Below are positions 41,121 to 51,109 of a stretch of 64,000 nt of DNA, piece by piece. The translations under genes were made by a program, and so were the position numbers. The notes under the pieces are model-generated. The model was not told the origin of the DNA, searched no databases, and saw nothing but the letters and a program-made list of their open reading frames with translations. Where the stretch lies: the IMG/VR virus record IMGVR_UViG_3300008259_004750, positions 1 to 64,000 of that record; one strand, written 5' to 3'. The stretch comes from an uncultured virus (IMG/VR IMGVR_UViG_3300008259_004750) (Duplodnaviria > Heunggongvirae > Uroviricota > Caudoviricetes). Each line of letters opens with the position of its first letter. Positions within the stretch are counted from its first letter, which is position 1.

Positions 41121-41515
41121 TGAAACTTACGGAAACCGTAAAATCATTAATATTAGAAGTCGCATCAATCGATTCGATTGTTGATGCAATTAAGAAAAAA
41201 AATAAAGTAATTATTTACTACGATGGGGATGAGCCAGGTGGTCGTGGTTTGAGACAAATAGAACCTGTTTGTTTTGGTTATAGTAAAGCGGATAATCCTG
41301 TTTTAAGAGCATGGGATGAGGAAGGAGCTTCTCATACGGGATATAAGGGCGAACAACCTTTACCAGGTTGGAGATTATTCAGGGTTGATAAAATATTATC
41401 ATTCAAACAAACAGGAGAAAAATTTAATACCGCGAGACCTGGTTATAATAATTCGGGAGATAAAAGTATGTTAAAAGTTATAATTAACGCTTCATTTGGC
41501 CCGGAACAACCTTAA
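41120..41515 (+). CDS. Stand-alone WYL-domain protein
   Basis: AIKKKNKVIIYY...RQIEPVCFG...VLRAW...WRLFRVDKI. Confidence 0.8.
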   Translation: MKLTETVKSLILEVASIDSIVDAIKKKNKVIIYYDGDEPGGRGLRQIEPVCFGYSKADNPVLRAWDEEGASHTGYKGEQPLPGWRLFRVDKILSFKQTGEKFNTARPGYNNSGDKSMLKVIINASFGPEQP

Positions 41516-41526
41516 ATTTTATTATT

Positions 41527-42120
41527 ATGACAAACGAAAATGATTTAATGAGAAAACTTATGATATCCAAACAGATAATGGATAAACATAGAGAATTACC
41601 TAGAAATACTAACGGAGATATTGGTTCAATATCCGAACAAAGAATTATGGCACCTGATTTACAAAATTTTGAATCGCCAAACGCCTCTTATAATATCCCA
41701 CAAGAATTTATGCAGGAAAACGCCGCAACAAAAATCCCAAAGTATGTTAATTCAAGTGACCGAATTATGTCGTCAAAATTACCTGACGCAATCAAACAAC
41801 TGATGATTGAACATCCAATTAACCAACCAAATTCAATGTCAGGACCTACTTTGTCTGATGAGTTAGTTGAAAAAGCAGCAAGATTGATGGGAACTAGTGG
41901 CCAACAGACTCAAGAAAATACAATTCAAAGACCAATACAAAAACAAACTGTTTCTGACAATAAAGAATTTAGACAAATGTTAAAGGAAGTTGTTAAAGAA
42001 GTACTATCTGAAAATGGTGTTATTGTCGAATCTACTTCGAAATCAAATGATGTTTTTTCTTTTAAAGTAGGAAAACATATATTTGAAGGTAAAGTCACGA
42101 AAGTAAAAAAACTACAGTAA
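41527..42120 (+). CDS. Hypothetical protein
   Basis: 197-aa ORF followed by a terminator. Confidence 0.7.
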   Translation: MTNENDLMRKLMISKQIMDKHRELPRNTNGDIGSISEQRIMAPDLQNFESPNASYNIPQEFMQENAATKIPKYVNSSDRIMSSKLPDAIKQLMIEHPINQPNSMSGPTLSDELVEKAARLMGTSGQQTQENTIQRPIQKQTVSDNKEFRQMLKEVVKEVLSENGVIVESTSKSNDVFSFKVGKHIFEGKVTKVKKLQ

Positions 42121-42124
42121 AATT

Positions 42125-42153
42125 AACCCCTCAAATGAGGGGTTTTTTGTTTT
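42125..42153 (+). terminator. Intrinsic terminator
   Basis: AACCCCTC-AAAT-GAGGGGTT followed by TTTTGTTTT. Confidence 0.85.
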
Positions 42154-42159
42154 ACATGG

Positions 42160-42188
42160 TTGATATTCTTTGTTTTTTGGTTTATAAT
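42160..42188 (+). promoter_or_regulatory. sigma70-like promoter TTGATA-N17-TATAAT
   Basis: Lies directly after the terminator and 20 nt before ATG 42209. Confidence 0.6.
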
Positions 42189-42208
42189 TTTCACATATTA
42201 TTTTAATT

Positions 42209-43429
42209 ATGAGTCAAAACATTAATGTTTTAGTTCTTCCATCGGATAAAACCGGTGTTGGTAAGTTTAGGTCAACTGACCCACATGTTATGCTACAAAA
42301 CATGTACCCCGATGATTTCCATGTTGATATCGATTATGAACCAAAAATAAATGATGTTAGTTACTGGAAAAAATATCAAATAGTCCATGTCCATAGAAAT
42401 ATAGGTAATGATTACTCAGGTAATCCAGCAATAATTAATTTTATAAAATCATTAGGAATTCAAGTCGTTGTAGATTTAGATGATTATTGGTTACCTACTA
42501 TTGAACACCCTATCCATCATTTAATTCTACAAAATAAAATACATGAGAGGATTATGGATAATTTAAAAGTTGCAAGTTATGTAACAACAACGACTACTGT
42601 TTTTGCCGATGAAATAAAAAAATTAAACAAAAATGTGGTTGTTTTTCCGAATGCAATTGACCCTAATGAACCACAATTTAAACAAAAAACTGAAGAGTCA
42701 GATAGAATCAGAATTGGGTGGCTCGGTGGGTCATCCCACTTACATGATTTAATGTTACTTGATGGATTTGTTCAAAAAAACGGTAAAGAAATTAACGATA
42801 AAATTCAGTATGTTCTTTGCGGGTTCGACACTAGAGGAACAATGACTGAGATTAACAAAGAAACAGGAGAACAAAAACAAAGGCCCATTTTACCACACGA
42901 AACCGTTTGGGCGAGATATGAAGAAATTTTTACAGACAAGTATTCTATTATAGATGAAGACTATAAAAAGTTCCTTTTAAATTTTGAGGAGTTATCCTTT
43001 CCTTCCGAAAAAGAATTACCTTATCGACGAGTATGGACAAAACCTGTTACATCATATGCTATGAACTATTCTAAACTTGATGTTTCACTAGCACCGATTA
43101 AAAATCATGTATTCAATAGAATGAAATCTCAACTAAAGGTTATTGAGGCGGGATTTTATAAAAAGGCTTTAATCGCATCAGATATTGGTCCTTATAGTAT
43201 TGATTTAAAACATTGTTTGAAAAATGGTGAATTTGTTGATGGGAACGCTTTATTAGTTGATGAACATAGAAATCATAGTGACTGGTCCAAGTTCATTAAG
43301 AAATTAGTTAATAACCCTAACTTGATAACCGATATGGGTGAAAGATTGTATGAAACAGTAAAAGACACGTATGATTTGAGAAATGTTACTAAAGCAAGAG
43401 CGGAGTGGTATAAAACAATTGTAAAATGA
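42209..43429 (+). CDS. GT-B (GT4-like) glycosyltransferase
   Basis: VVDLDDYW, FPNAID, IGWLGGSSHLHDL, LAP...FNRMKSQLKVIEAG...IASD. Confidence 0.8.
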   Translation: MSQNINVLVLPSDKTGVGKFRSTDPHVMLQNMYPDDFHVDIDYEPKINDVSYWKKYQIVHVHRNIGNDYSGNPAIINFIKSLGIQVVVDLDDYWLPTIEHPIHHLILQNKIHERIMDNLKVASYVTTTTTVFADEIKKLNKNVVVFPNAIDPNEPQFKQKTEESDRIRIGWLGGSSHLHDLMLLDGFVQKNGKEINDKIQYVLCGFDTRGTMTEINKETGEQKQRPILPHETVWARYEEIFTDKYSIIDEDYKKFLLNFEELSFPSEKELPYRRVWTKPVTSYAMNYSKLDVSLAPIKNHVFNRMKSQLKVIEAGFYKKALIASDIGPYSIDLKHCLKNGEFVDGNALLVDEHRNHSDWSKFIKKLVNNPNLITDMGERLYETVKDTYDLRNVTKARAEWYKTIVK

Positions 43430-44154
43430 TAAAAATACCTTTAACCAAAATTTTATTTATTGATGTTGAAACTGTAGGGTGCTGTCCTGACTTCGCTAGT
43501 TGTCAGGCTCTTAATCCTACTTTGGCAACTCAATTTATTAATTACTATGATTGGTTTTTAAAAAGATTTCCTGAGGACGACACCGCGGTAAGTAATAGAG
43601 AACTGGCCGAAAAAAAACGAGACAGAATATTTGAGAAGAGGGCAACTTTAGTTCCTGAATTTGCAAAAATTGTTTGTGTAAGTGTGGCATTTGTTACGGA
43701 TAATGGTGAAGTTAAGAAACAAACTTTCTCGGGAAAAGATGAACTTGAGGTGTTAAAAGGAGTTCAAAAACTTCTTGATAGATGTGGTAAATTGGATTTC
43801 TATTTGTGTGGTCACAATCTTAAAAATTTTGATATCCCGATGATTGCTAAAAGAATGATAATCAATGGATTGATGCCACCTTCTATTTTACCTTCTTATG
43901 ATACTAAACCGTGGGAGATTAAAGCTATTGACACAAAAGAAATTTGGCAATATGGTTCGTATAGTTCAATAAGCTCTTTAGATTTACTTTGTTCTTGTAT
44001 GGATATACCAACATCTAAAGATGGTGAAATAAGTGGTGATAAAGTTCACAACGCATATTGGTTTGAAGATAAACTTGATTTAATAACAGAATATTGTGAA
44101 AAGGATGTTTTGGTATTGATTGATATTATAAAAAAATTAAAGGAGTTACAATGA
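43426..44154 (+). CDS. PolB-related 3'-5' exonuclease (DEDDy)
   Basis: FIDVET, GHNLKNFDIP, IDT, EYCEKDV. Confidence 0.85.
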   Translation: MIKIPLTKILFIDVETVGCCPDFASCQALNPTLATQFINYYDWFLKRFPEDDTAVSNRELAEKKRDRIFEKRATLVPEFAKIVCVSVAFVTDNGEVKKQTFSGKDELEVLKGVQKLLDRCGKLDFYLCGHNLKNFDIPMIAKRMIINGLMPPSILPSYDTKPWEIKAIDTKEIWQYGSYSSISSLDLLCSCMDIPTSKDGEISGDKVHNAYWFEDKLDLITEYCEKDVLVLIDIIKKLKELQ

Positions 44155-44753
44155 TTGATTTAAATACAAACTTAAATTACTTAAAAGAAAATTCTGACAA
44201 GATTCGTGAGATGTTAGACGAAAACTTTGATGATGATATGTTTGAAACAATTTTAAATGAAACGGGGATTGATATTAGGGAGTTTGATAAACAATTTGAA
44301 AACTATACTCCTAAAATTGAACTGAAATACAAGAAATTAAACCCTGACGCAAAACCCCCTTTTTATAATTACCCGTCCGATTCGGGTTTTGATTTATATG
44401 CAACTCAGACAGTTTATATTACAAAATTTGGAAGAGCGTTAGTTCCAACAGGATTGTCGTTTGACATCAAAGATGGATATGAAATTCAAGTAAGGTCAAA
44501 AAGTGGTCTTGCGATTAATCAAGGTCTTATGGTTTTAAATTCACCAGGGACTGTTGATAATGGTTATACAGGAGAAGTCCAAGTAATCATTTTTAACACT
44601 AATGATTTTATGGTTACAATTGAAAAGGGGACAAAGATTGGTCAAGCGGTTCTTTGTCCTGTGGCGAATGGAAAGTGGGTTGATTTACAAGAAACCACAG
44701 AAGAAATTAATAAAGATAGAAATGCCAATGGTTTTGGCTCAACAGGAATATGA
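44151..44753 (+). CDS. dut: Trimeric dUTPase with N-terminal extension
   Basis: DSGFDL, QVRSKSGLA, NSPGTVDNGYTGE, KIGQAV, RNANGFGSTG. Confidence 0.93.
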   Translation: MIDLNTNLNYLKENSDKIREMLDENFDDDMFETILNETGIDIREFDKQFENYTPKIELKYKKLNPDAKPPFYNYPSDSGFDLYATQTVYITKFGRALVPTGLSFDIKDGYEIQVRSKSGLAINQGLMVLNSPGTVDNGYTGEVQVIIFNTNDFMVTIEKGTKIGQAVLCPVANGKWVDLQETTEEINKDRNANGFGSTGI

Positions 44754-46168
44754 TTACAATAGGATATAGCACAAGAAAAACAAATCCCCAATACCAAGAA
44801 GTATTAAAAAAATCTTGCGGATTAAAAAATGTAGAAGTTATCGAGATTGTAAATGATGGTGTAATGTCGTTACCCGAGGCTTACAATAAAATACTTAAAG
44901 AGTCGTCGAATGATATCGTTGTTTTGTGTCACGATGATTTGGAATTTGATACAAATAATTGGGGAAGTAAATTACTAAAACATTATACTAAACATTCTGA
45001 ATATGGTATTATTGGTATGGCGGGTTCTAAGTACTTACCTGAGAGTTCAAAGTGGTGGGAAATACCTCAAACAATGTATGGTATTGTAAATCATAAAAAT
45101 GAAGGTAAAAAATGGACTAGCACTTATTCAAAACACATCAATAATAACATTGAAGAAGTTGTATTGATTGACGGTCTTTTTATGTCGTTGAATAAGAAAA
45201 AAATTAAACACAGCTTTGATGAGGAATTTAAAGGATTTCATTTTTACGATTTATCTTTTTGTATTCCAAACCATTTAGATGGAGTTAAGATTGGGGTTGT
45301 TACCGACATCAGAATAACTCATCTTTCAATAGGTATGACCAACGATAGTTGGGAAAATAATAGGGTATTCTTTTCTGAAAAGTTTAAGGAGAGTTTACCG
45401 TTAGACATTACAAATGATGGTGTTTGTGAAACATTCATATTTTGTCACGACCAAGACATTATTTTAGATTATGAATCTTCAGGTAAATTTAATAATTTAA
45501 AAAAATACAGATATGTTTTTTTAGGTAATAGACCAACAGATAAGATTGATAATAATGACAACATTATAATCGCAAGGAATCTTGAGCATAACTTGGAGGA
45601 ATATCCTAATATAAATGCATACACAGGATGGTATGCGTTATGGAAAAACAATTTGATTACCACACCTTATGTTAATTTATTTGAATACGATGTTATTCTA
45701 AATAAAAATATTGAACAAGTAATGAGTAAATTAATGTACGATGGTCAAAAAATGATTGGGTATATTCCTTTCCCATGTACAAATTACCATTTTATAGACA
45801 ACAAGGATTGGGTTGCTGAGTTGTTTGACGCAATTAAACAAGTTCATAAAATTGATTTAGAAAAAACTATTCGTCTTTACATGAAACAAAATCCTAATAT
45901 GATTTGGTCTACGACTAGTAATTGTACTATGGAAGTATCATTTTTTAATGATTATATGAAATGGTTTGAGCCACTAGCTCAATTAATTAAAGGTTCAAAA
46001 ACTGCGGGTCACGGACACGAAAGGTCAATGACTTTTTACTGTTTGATGTATAAACATACTCCATTTATAACACAAGGATTTATCAAACACTATCAAATGA
46101 ATTCACATGGAACCCAAGACCACCATGTTGATTATGAAAAAAACATAAAAGAATTAATAACAAATTAA
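44750..46168 (+). CDS. GT2-like glycosyltransferase with a second putative GT domain
   Basis: AYN...LCHDD...IDGLF...FHFYD; C-terminal LFEYDV...HER. Confidence 0.7.
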   Translation: MITIGYSTRKTNPQYQEVLKKSCGLKNVEVIEIVNDGVMSLPEAYNKILKESSNDIVVLCHDDLEFDTNNWGSKLLKHYTKHSEYGIIGMAGSKYLPESSKWWEIPQTMYGIVNHKNEGKKWTSTYSKHINNNIEEVVLIDGLFMSLNKKKIKHSFDEEFKGFHFYDLSFCIPNHLDGVKIGVVTDIRITHLSIGMTNDSWENNRVFFSEKFKESLPLDITNDGVCETFIFCHDQDIILDYESSGKFNNLKKYRYVFLGNRPTDKIDNNDNIIIARNLEHNLEEYPNINAYTGWYALWKNNLITTPYVNLFEYDVILNKNIEQVMSKLMYDGQKMIGYIPFPCTNYHFIDNKDWVAELFDAIKQVHKIDLEKTIRLYMKQNPNMIWSTTSNCTMEVSFFNDYMKWFEPLAQLIKGSKTAGHGHERSMTFYCLMYKHTPFITQGFIKHYQMNSHGTQDHHVDYEKNIKELITN

Positions 46169-46169
46169 A

Positions 46170-46997
46170 ATGGAAAAAAAATTAAAATGGTTTAGTTATC
46201 TAAATGATAACCCAAAAATGTTAAATGAGTATTTGGAATACTATAAAGTGGCAATTTATAGCCAAACTATAAATTGTCCGTCTTTAGAACCATATCTAAT
46301 ATATGATGGTGATAATGAAGAAGTAATTTCATTTTGCGAAAGAAAAAACATTAAATTAATAAAATACACGCCAAGGATTAAAGAGGAGGTAATTAAACAT
46401 TATAGTGTACATCAACCAACTCAAGTTTTTGACGCGTTAGCTTGTTTTTTAAAACCTTACGTACCTCTAATTGTAAAAGAAATTTTAAAATCTGATGACG
46501 AATATGTTATTTTAACAGATACTGATGTATTGTTTTTGAATGAACCTAACTATACCGAATCAAATAAAATAAATTTCATAGGTGTTTCATCTGAGTTTGA
46601 TATCAATTTATCCGACTTTAATGCCGGTATTATGTATTTTAACGTTGAGAATATGTATAATGACTTAGAAAATTTTGAAAAATTTATAGTTAAAAATTTT
46701 GATAAGTTTAAGGTTTTTGACCAAGACGCGTTTAAAATTTATTATAGTGACCGAACTAAAAAATTACCTGTTGGATACAATTACAAATGTTACTGGAACT
46801 ATTCCAAACCTATCGATGAAATAAAAATTATACATTTTCACGGTTTAAAACCATATCAATATATGGATGTGTTAACCGGTAAAAATACAAACCCAGTTTT
46901 AAAACCTATGTTAACTCCATTTTACATTGAAATGGTTGGATACTATAAGGGATTAAGAGATATTGAGAAGAAAAGTTATGAAGTACTTGAGTTTTAG
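46170..46997 (+). CDS. GT8-like glycosyltransferase
   Basis: LTDTDVLF, FNAGIM, DQD, YN, IIHFHGLKP. Confidence 0.8.
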   Translation: MEKKLKWFSYLNDNPKMLNEYLEYYKVAIYSQTINCPSLEPYLIYDGDNEEVISFCERKNIKLIKYTPRIKEEVIKHYSVHQPTQVFDALACFLKPYVPLIVKEILKSDDEYVILTDTDVLFLNEPNYTESNKINFIGVSSEFDINLSDFNAGIMYFNVENMYNDLENFEKFIVKNFDKFKVFDQDAFKIYYSDRTKKLPVGYNYKCYWNYSKPIDEIKIIHFHGLKPYQYMDVLTGKNTNPVLKPMLTPFYIEMVGYYKGLRDIEKKSYEVLEF

Positions 46998-47634
46998 TTT
47001 GTGGGGTGACGACCCATTATACAACGTAGGGGCGATAAAAAATGCCGAATTATCTAAAATGATTTATCATGATTGGAAGGTTGTTCTGTATTATGATAAA
47101 ACAGTACCTGAAGAAACTATAAGTAAAATAAAAAATTTAGATGTTGATGTTATTGACATGAGTGAAAGTAATATTTATGGTTGTTTTTGGAGATTTTTAA
47201 TATCAGATAAAGAGGATTGTGAATATGCTATCTTTAGAGACTGTGATTCTAGAGTAACCCTAAGGGAAAGATTAGCGGTAGATGAATGGATTAATAGTAG
47301 GAAAACTTTGCACGTAATGAGGGACCATCCATATCATAGAATTCCGTTCGGAAATGATAGTTTGGGTATCTTAGCAGGAATGTGGGGTATTAAAGGTAAA
47401 GTTATAAATTTTAATGAATCAATTACAAATTTTATTACTGGTAAATCAAACTATTATGGTATTGACCAAACATTTTTAAAAACAATATATAGTATGTTTG
47501 AAAAAGATAGAATTATTCATGATGAGTTTTTTGATGGTCGTCCGTTCCCAATAAAAAGAGAACCAGGAATTTTTGTTGGGGGTCGAATCGGTATAAATGA
47601 AAAACCATTAGGTGAAGAACATAAATTAGTATGA
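46978..47634 (+). CDS. Putative GT-A protein (SFSLWG/RDxDSR family)
   Basis: SFSLWG, FWRFL, RDCDSR, MRDHPYH, GMWG, DQTFL; ATG 46978 preferred. Confidence 0.6.
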   Translation: MKYLSFSLWGDDPLYNVGAIKNAELSKMIYHDWKVVLYYDKTVPEETISKIKNLDVDVIDMSESNIYGCFWRFLISDKEDCEYAIFRDCDSRVTLRERLAVDEWINSRKTLHVMRDHPYHRIPFGNDSLGILAGMWGIKGKVINFNESITNFITGKSNYYGIDQTFLKTIYSMFEKDRIIHDEFFDGRPFPIKREPGIFVGGRIGINEKPLGEEHKLV

Positions 47635-47640
47635 TAAAAT

Positions 47641-48354
47641 ATGAAAATAGATTATTGTTTAATGGGGTCCACTAATGACCCGCTTTATTTAGATTTTTGG
47701 CCAGTAGTATCTAAAGTATGGAAGGAAGTTTTTAATGTTACCCCTGTTTTAGGACTAATATGTGATGAAGATTCTGAATTATTAGAAGATGATTATGGGT
47801 TAATTAAAAAATTTAAAAAGTCCACAATCTGTGATGAATCCACACAATCACAACTCATTAGATTATACCTAAGTAGATTTTTAAACGGAAATTGTCTAAT
47901 CTCGGATATTGATATGATTCCTGTCTCTAAAAAATATTTTATAGATGATTTAGTAGAATATGAAGAGAATGATATTTTAGTGATGTCATCACATCATCCA
48001 CAAACTATACACACAAATCAATATCCGATGTGTTATGTTTTAGGTAAATCAAACAATTTAAATAAATTATTCAAAACCGAATTATCTTGGGATGATTTTT
48101 TAATATCAACAAATCCTAATAGTTGGTTTTCGGACCAACTATTTATTTACAAATCAGTTCAAGAGTTTGGAACTGAAAATATTAAATTCCCATATCGTAG
48201 TTTTGAAAACGATAGAATTGATAGAGCTAATTGGATTTATGATAAAAATCTAGTTACAAGTGGAACTTATATTGATTCTCACCTATTAAGACCTCTTAAA
48301 TATTATAGAGGTCAAATCGAGGTATTAATTAATTTATTATATCGCCAAAATTGA
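47641..48354 (+). CDS. Putative GT-A glycosyltransferase
   Basis: ISDIDMIP, YPMCY, WFSDQ, DSHLLRP; operon context. Confidence 0.5.
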   Translation: MKIDYCLMGSTNDPLYLDFWPVVSKVWKEVFNVTPVLGLICDEDSELLEDDYGLIKKFKKSTICDESTQSQLIRLYLSRFLNGNCLISDIDMIPVSKKYFIDDLVEYEENDILVMSSHHPQTIHTNQYPMCYVLGKSNNLNKLFKTELSWDDFLISTNPNSWFSDQLFIYKSVQEFGTENIKFPYRSFENDRIDRANWIYDKNLVTSGTYIDSHLLRPLKYYRGQIEVLINLLYRQN

Positions 48355-48356
48355 GA

Positions 48357-49112
48357 ATGGATTTTATACTTGGTGAAAAATTTAAAACAATCGTAACAGA
48401 CAAAGTTTTTTATGTAAAAACTGAACATGTTAATAATTTTTTAATGAATCCCCCCAAACATGAGTTTATTTTAGTTTCACATAATAGTGACGGTAAGATT
48501 ATCGATTATGACTACCTACATTGTGCGAATGTGAAATACATACCTAAAAATTTAATAAGGTGGTTTGGTCAAAATGTGTGTGTTAAAAATGAAAAAGTGG
48601 AATCAATTCCAATAGGTTTGGAAAATACTGAATGGTTTGTTGAGGAGAAAAAAATAGAGAATATTGAGTATTATAGAAACTTAAATATTGAATTTGAAAA
48701 TTTGCTTTATATAAATCATAACATTAATACTAACCCTATGGAAAGAATGGAACCATATAGATTATTCAAAGACTCTAAATGGGCGACTTTGGTAATGGGT
48801 AGTAACGGGTCTAATTTTAAAAATTATATTGAAAATGTGAAAAAACATAAATTCGTATTGTGTCCTGAGGGTAATGGTACCGACACTCATAGAACTTGGG
48901 AGACATTATATGTTGGCTCAATTCCTATAGAAAAAAGAAATATAAATAATTCTTTTTATCAGGACTTGCCAATTTGTTTTGTTGATTCTTGGTCTGAAAT
49001 AAATGAAGACTTTTTAAATTATGAGTTTGACAGAATTAAAAATACAAAATGGAATTTAGATAAATTAAATTTTAGTTATTGGAAAGATAAAATTATAAAC
49101 TATAGTAAATGA
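48357..49112 (+). CDS. Exostosin/GT47-like glycosyltransferase
   Basis: KFVLCPEGNGTDTHRTWETLYVGSIPI; ATG 48357 preferred. Confidence 0.7.
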   Translation: MDFILGEKFKTIVTDKVFYVKTEHVNNFLMNPPKHEFILVSHNSDGKIIDYDYLHCANVKYIPKNLIRWFGQNVCVKNEKVESIPIGLENTEWFVEEKKIENIEYYRNLNIEFENLLYINHNINTNPMERMEPYRLFKDSKWATLVMGSNGSNFKNYIENVKKHKFVLCPEGNGTDTHRTWETLYVGSIPIEKRNINNSFYQDLPICFVDSWSEINEDFLNYEFDRIKNTKWNLDKLNFSYWKDKIINYSK

Positions 49113-49157
49113 CTATAACTTTTTACTTAAAAAAAAAAATTATTATACTATAACAAC

Positions 49158-49805
49158 ATGAATGTAGTAATTTCAGTACTGTCGGTAGACACTCCCCCAT
49201 TTACTGAACTTGAGAAATCAATTAGAGAAACTTGGTGCAATTTAAATAGACCTAATTTTAAAATATTTTTTTATTATGGCAATCATAATAAAAATGAAAT
49301 AATTGGTGACAAAATTTTTACTAACTCAGGCGAAGGGTTATACAATGTGGGATACAAAACTTTAAGAATGTTTGAAGTTATCTACAAAAACTATAATTTT
49401 GACTACATATTCAGAACTAACTCCTCATCTTATGTTGATATTGATAATATGTGTAACTTTTTAGTGGACAAACCTTTAGAATCTTTTTACTGTGGAGTTT
49501 TTGGTAAAAGTGGTAACATTGATTTTTGTTCTGGTAGTGGTTACTTTTTGAGTAGAGATTTGGTAAAAAGGGTTATAGATAACCAACGTTTATGGAATCA
49601 CAATTACATAGATGATGTTTCACTAGGATTATTAATGTCTCAATTAGGAATTAATAGGACTTTGGGTAAAAGATATGATTTTGATAGTGGTTTACCTATT
49701 AATTTAAATAATTACCACTATAGATGTAAAATATCTGATAATAGATTAGACGACATTAAAAATATGAATTTAATATACAATTTAAAAAAACAAAAATATG
49801 AATAA
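49158..49805 (+). CDS. GT31-like (galactosyltransferase-like) protein
   Basis: KT...FDYIFRTNSSSY, FCSGSGYFLSRD, IDDVSLG. Confidence 0.65.
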   Translation: MNVVISVLSVDTPPFTELEKSIRETWCNLNRPNFKIFFYYGNHNKNEIIGDKIFTNSGEGLYNVGYKTLRMFEVIYKNYNFDYIFRTNSSSYVDIDNMCNFLVDKPLESFYCGVFGKSGNIDFCSGSGYFLSRDLVKRVIDNQRLWNHNYIDDVSLGLLMSQLGINRTLGKRYDFDSGLPINLNNYHYRCKISDNRLDDIKNMNLIYNLKKQKYE

Positions 49806-50382
49806 AATTAAAGAAAAGTACGATTACGAACAAAAAAACATTTCTGATATCAATGAACATATTTCTACGTTATATGAATATGGTCTAAAATGTAGTCATA
49901 TAACTGAAATGGGTGTTAGATGGGTATCATCTACATGGGCGTTTTTATATTCTAACCCTAATAAACTTATTAGTTATGATATAGTTAAAGATGCAAATGT
50001 TAATGAAGTCATCTCTTTATCTAAAGAATATGGTATTAATTATGAATTTATTGAGTCTGATGTATTAAACATTAATATAGAACAAACTGATTTATTATTT
50101 ATTGATACTTTACACACTTATAATCAATTGTTATCTGAATTAAAATTACATTCAACTAAGGTTAATAAATACATAATATTACATGATACAGTTAGTTATG
50201 GTCAAATAGATGAACAAGTTTACAATCATGCAAGTCCAATTGTAAAAAATATGGAAAATAATAAAACAGGTCTTACTAACGCAATTAATGACTTTTTATT
50301 ATTAGATGTTGGTAAAACATGGTTTGTCTCTAAAGAATTTAAAAATAATAATGGTTTGACTGTTTTAGAAAAAAAAATATAA
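49798..50382 (+). CDS. Class I SAM methyltransferase (Methyltransf_24-like)
   Basis: EMGVRWVSST, DLLFIDTLHTY, IILHDT, NNNGLTVL. Confidence 0.8.
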   Translation: MNKIKEKYDYEQKNISDINEHISTLYEYGLKCSHITEMGVRWVSSTWAFLYSNPNKLISYDIVKDANVNEVISLSKEYGINYEFIESDVLNINIEQTDLLFIDTLHTYNQLLSELKLHSTKVNKYIILHDTVSYGQIDEQVYNHASPIVKNMENNKTGLTNAINDFLLLDVGKTWFVSKEFKNNNGLTVLEKKI

Positions 50383-50389
50383 TATAATA

Positions 50390-51109
50390 ATGACAAGAAA
50401 AAAACCTATTTCAGTTCAAGAAGAACCTAAGAAAAATGTGAGTAGGAAAGACCAAATCACTGAAATAATAAAGAAAAAATCAAAAGAAAAATTTTTATCT
50501 GAAAATCAAAAAAAATACTACGATTTATTAGTTGGTAATCAAATTACCATTTGTTCGGGGCCGGCAGGTGTTGGTAAAAGTTATATCGCCATGAAAGCCG
50601 CTTTAGATTTATTATCCGACCCAACCACTCCATACGAAAAAATTATAATTGTAAGACCGGCGGTTGAGGCTGAAGAGAAACTTGGGTCGCTACCGGGTAA
50701 TGTCGAAGAAAAATTAGACCCTTATATTTTTCCATCATATTACCTAATGAATAAAATTATCGGTAAGGAGGCCAGAGAAAAATTAAAGCAGATTGATGTT
50801 ATTGAAGTTTTTGCTCTAGCTTATATGAGAGGTATGAACATTGATAATTCAATTCTTATTTTCGAAGAAGCTCAGAATTCTACTCCAAATCAAATGAAAC
50901 TTTTGTTGACAAGGATTGGGTTTAATAGTAAATTTTTTATTTCGGGGGATTTAGAACAAACTGATAGATATAAAGACAAAAAACACTCAGGTCTTTGGGA
51001 TGCAATTGAAAAATTCAAGGATTTATCTGACGTTGGTGTTTTTGAATTTGATAATCAAGATGTTGTTAGAAATCCTTTAATAAGTAAAATACTTAAAAGA
51101 TACGAATAA
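50390..51109 (+). CDS. phoH: PhoH-family ATPase
   Basis: GPAGVGKS, VRPAVE, LGSLPG, AYMRG, EEAQN, LLTRIG, GDLEQTD, VVRNPL. Confidence 0.93.
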   Translation: MTRKKPISVQEEPKKNVSRKDQITEIIKKKSKEKFLSENQKKYYDLLVGNQITICSGPAGVGKSYIAMKAALDLLSDPTTPYEKIIIVRPAVEAEEKLGSLPGNVEEKLDPYIFPSYYLMNKIIGKEAREKLKQIDVIEVFALAYMRGMNIDNSILIFEEAQNSTPNQMKLLLTRIGFNSKFFISGDLEQTDRYKDKKHSGLWDAIEKFKDLSDVGVFEFDNQDVVRNPLISKILKRYE

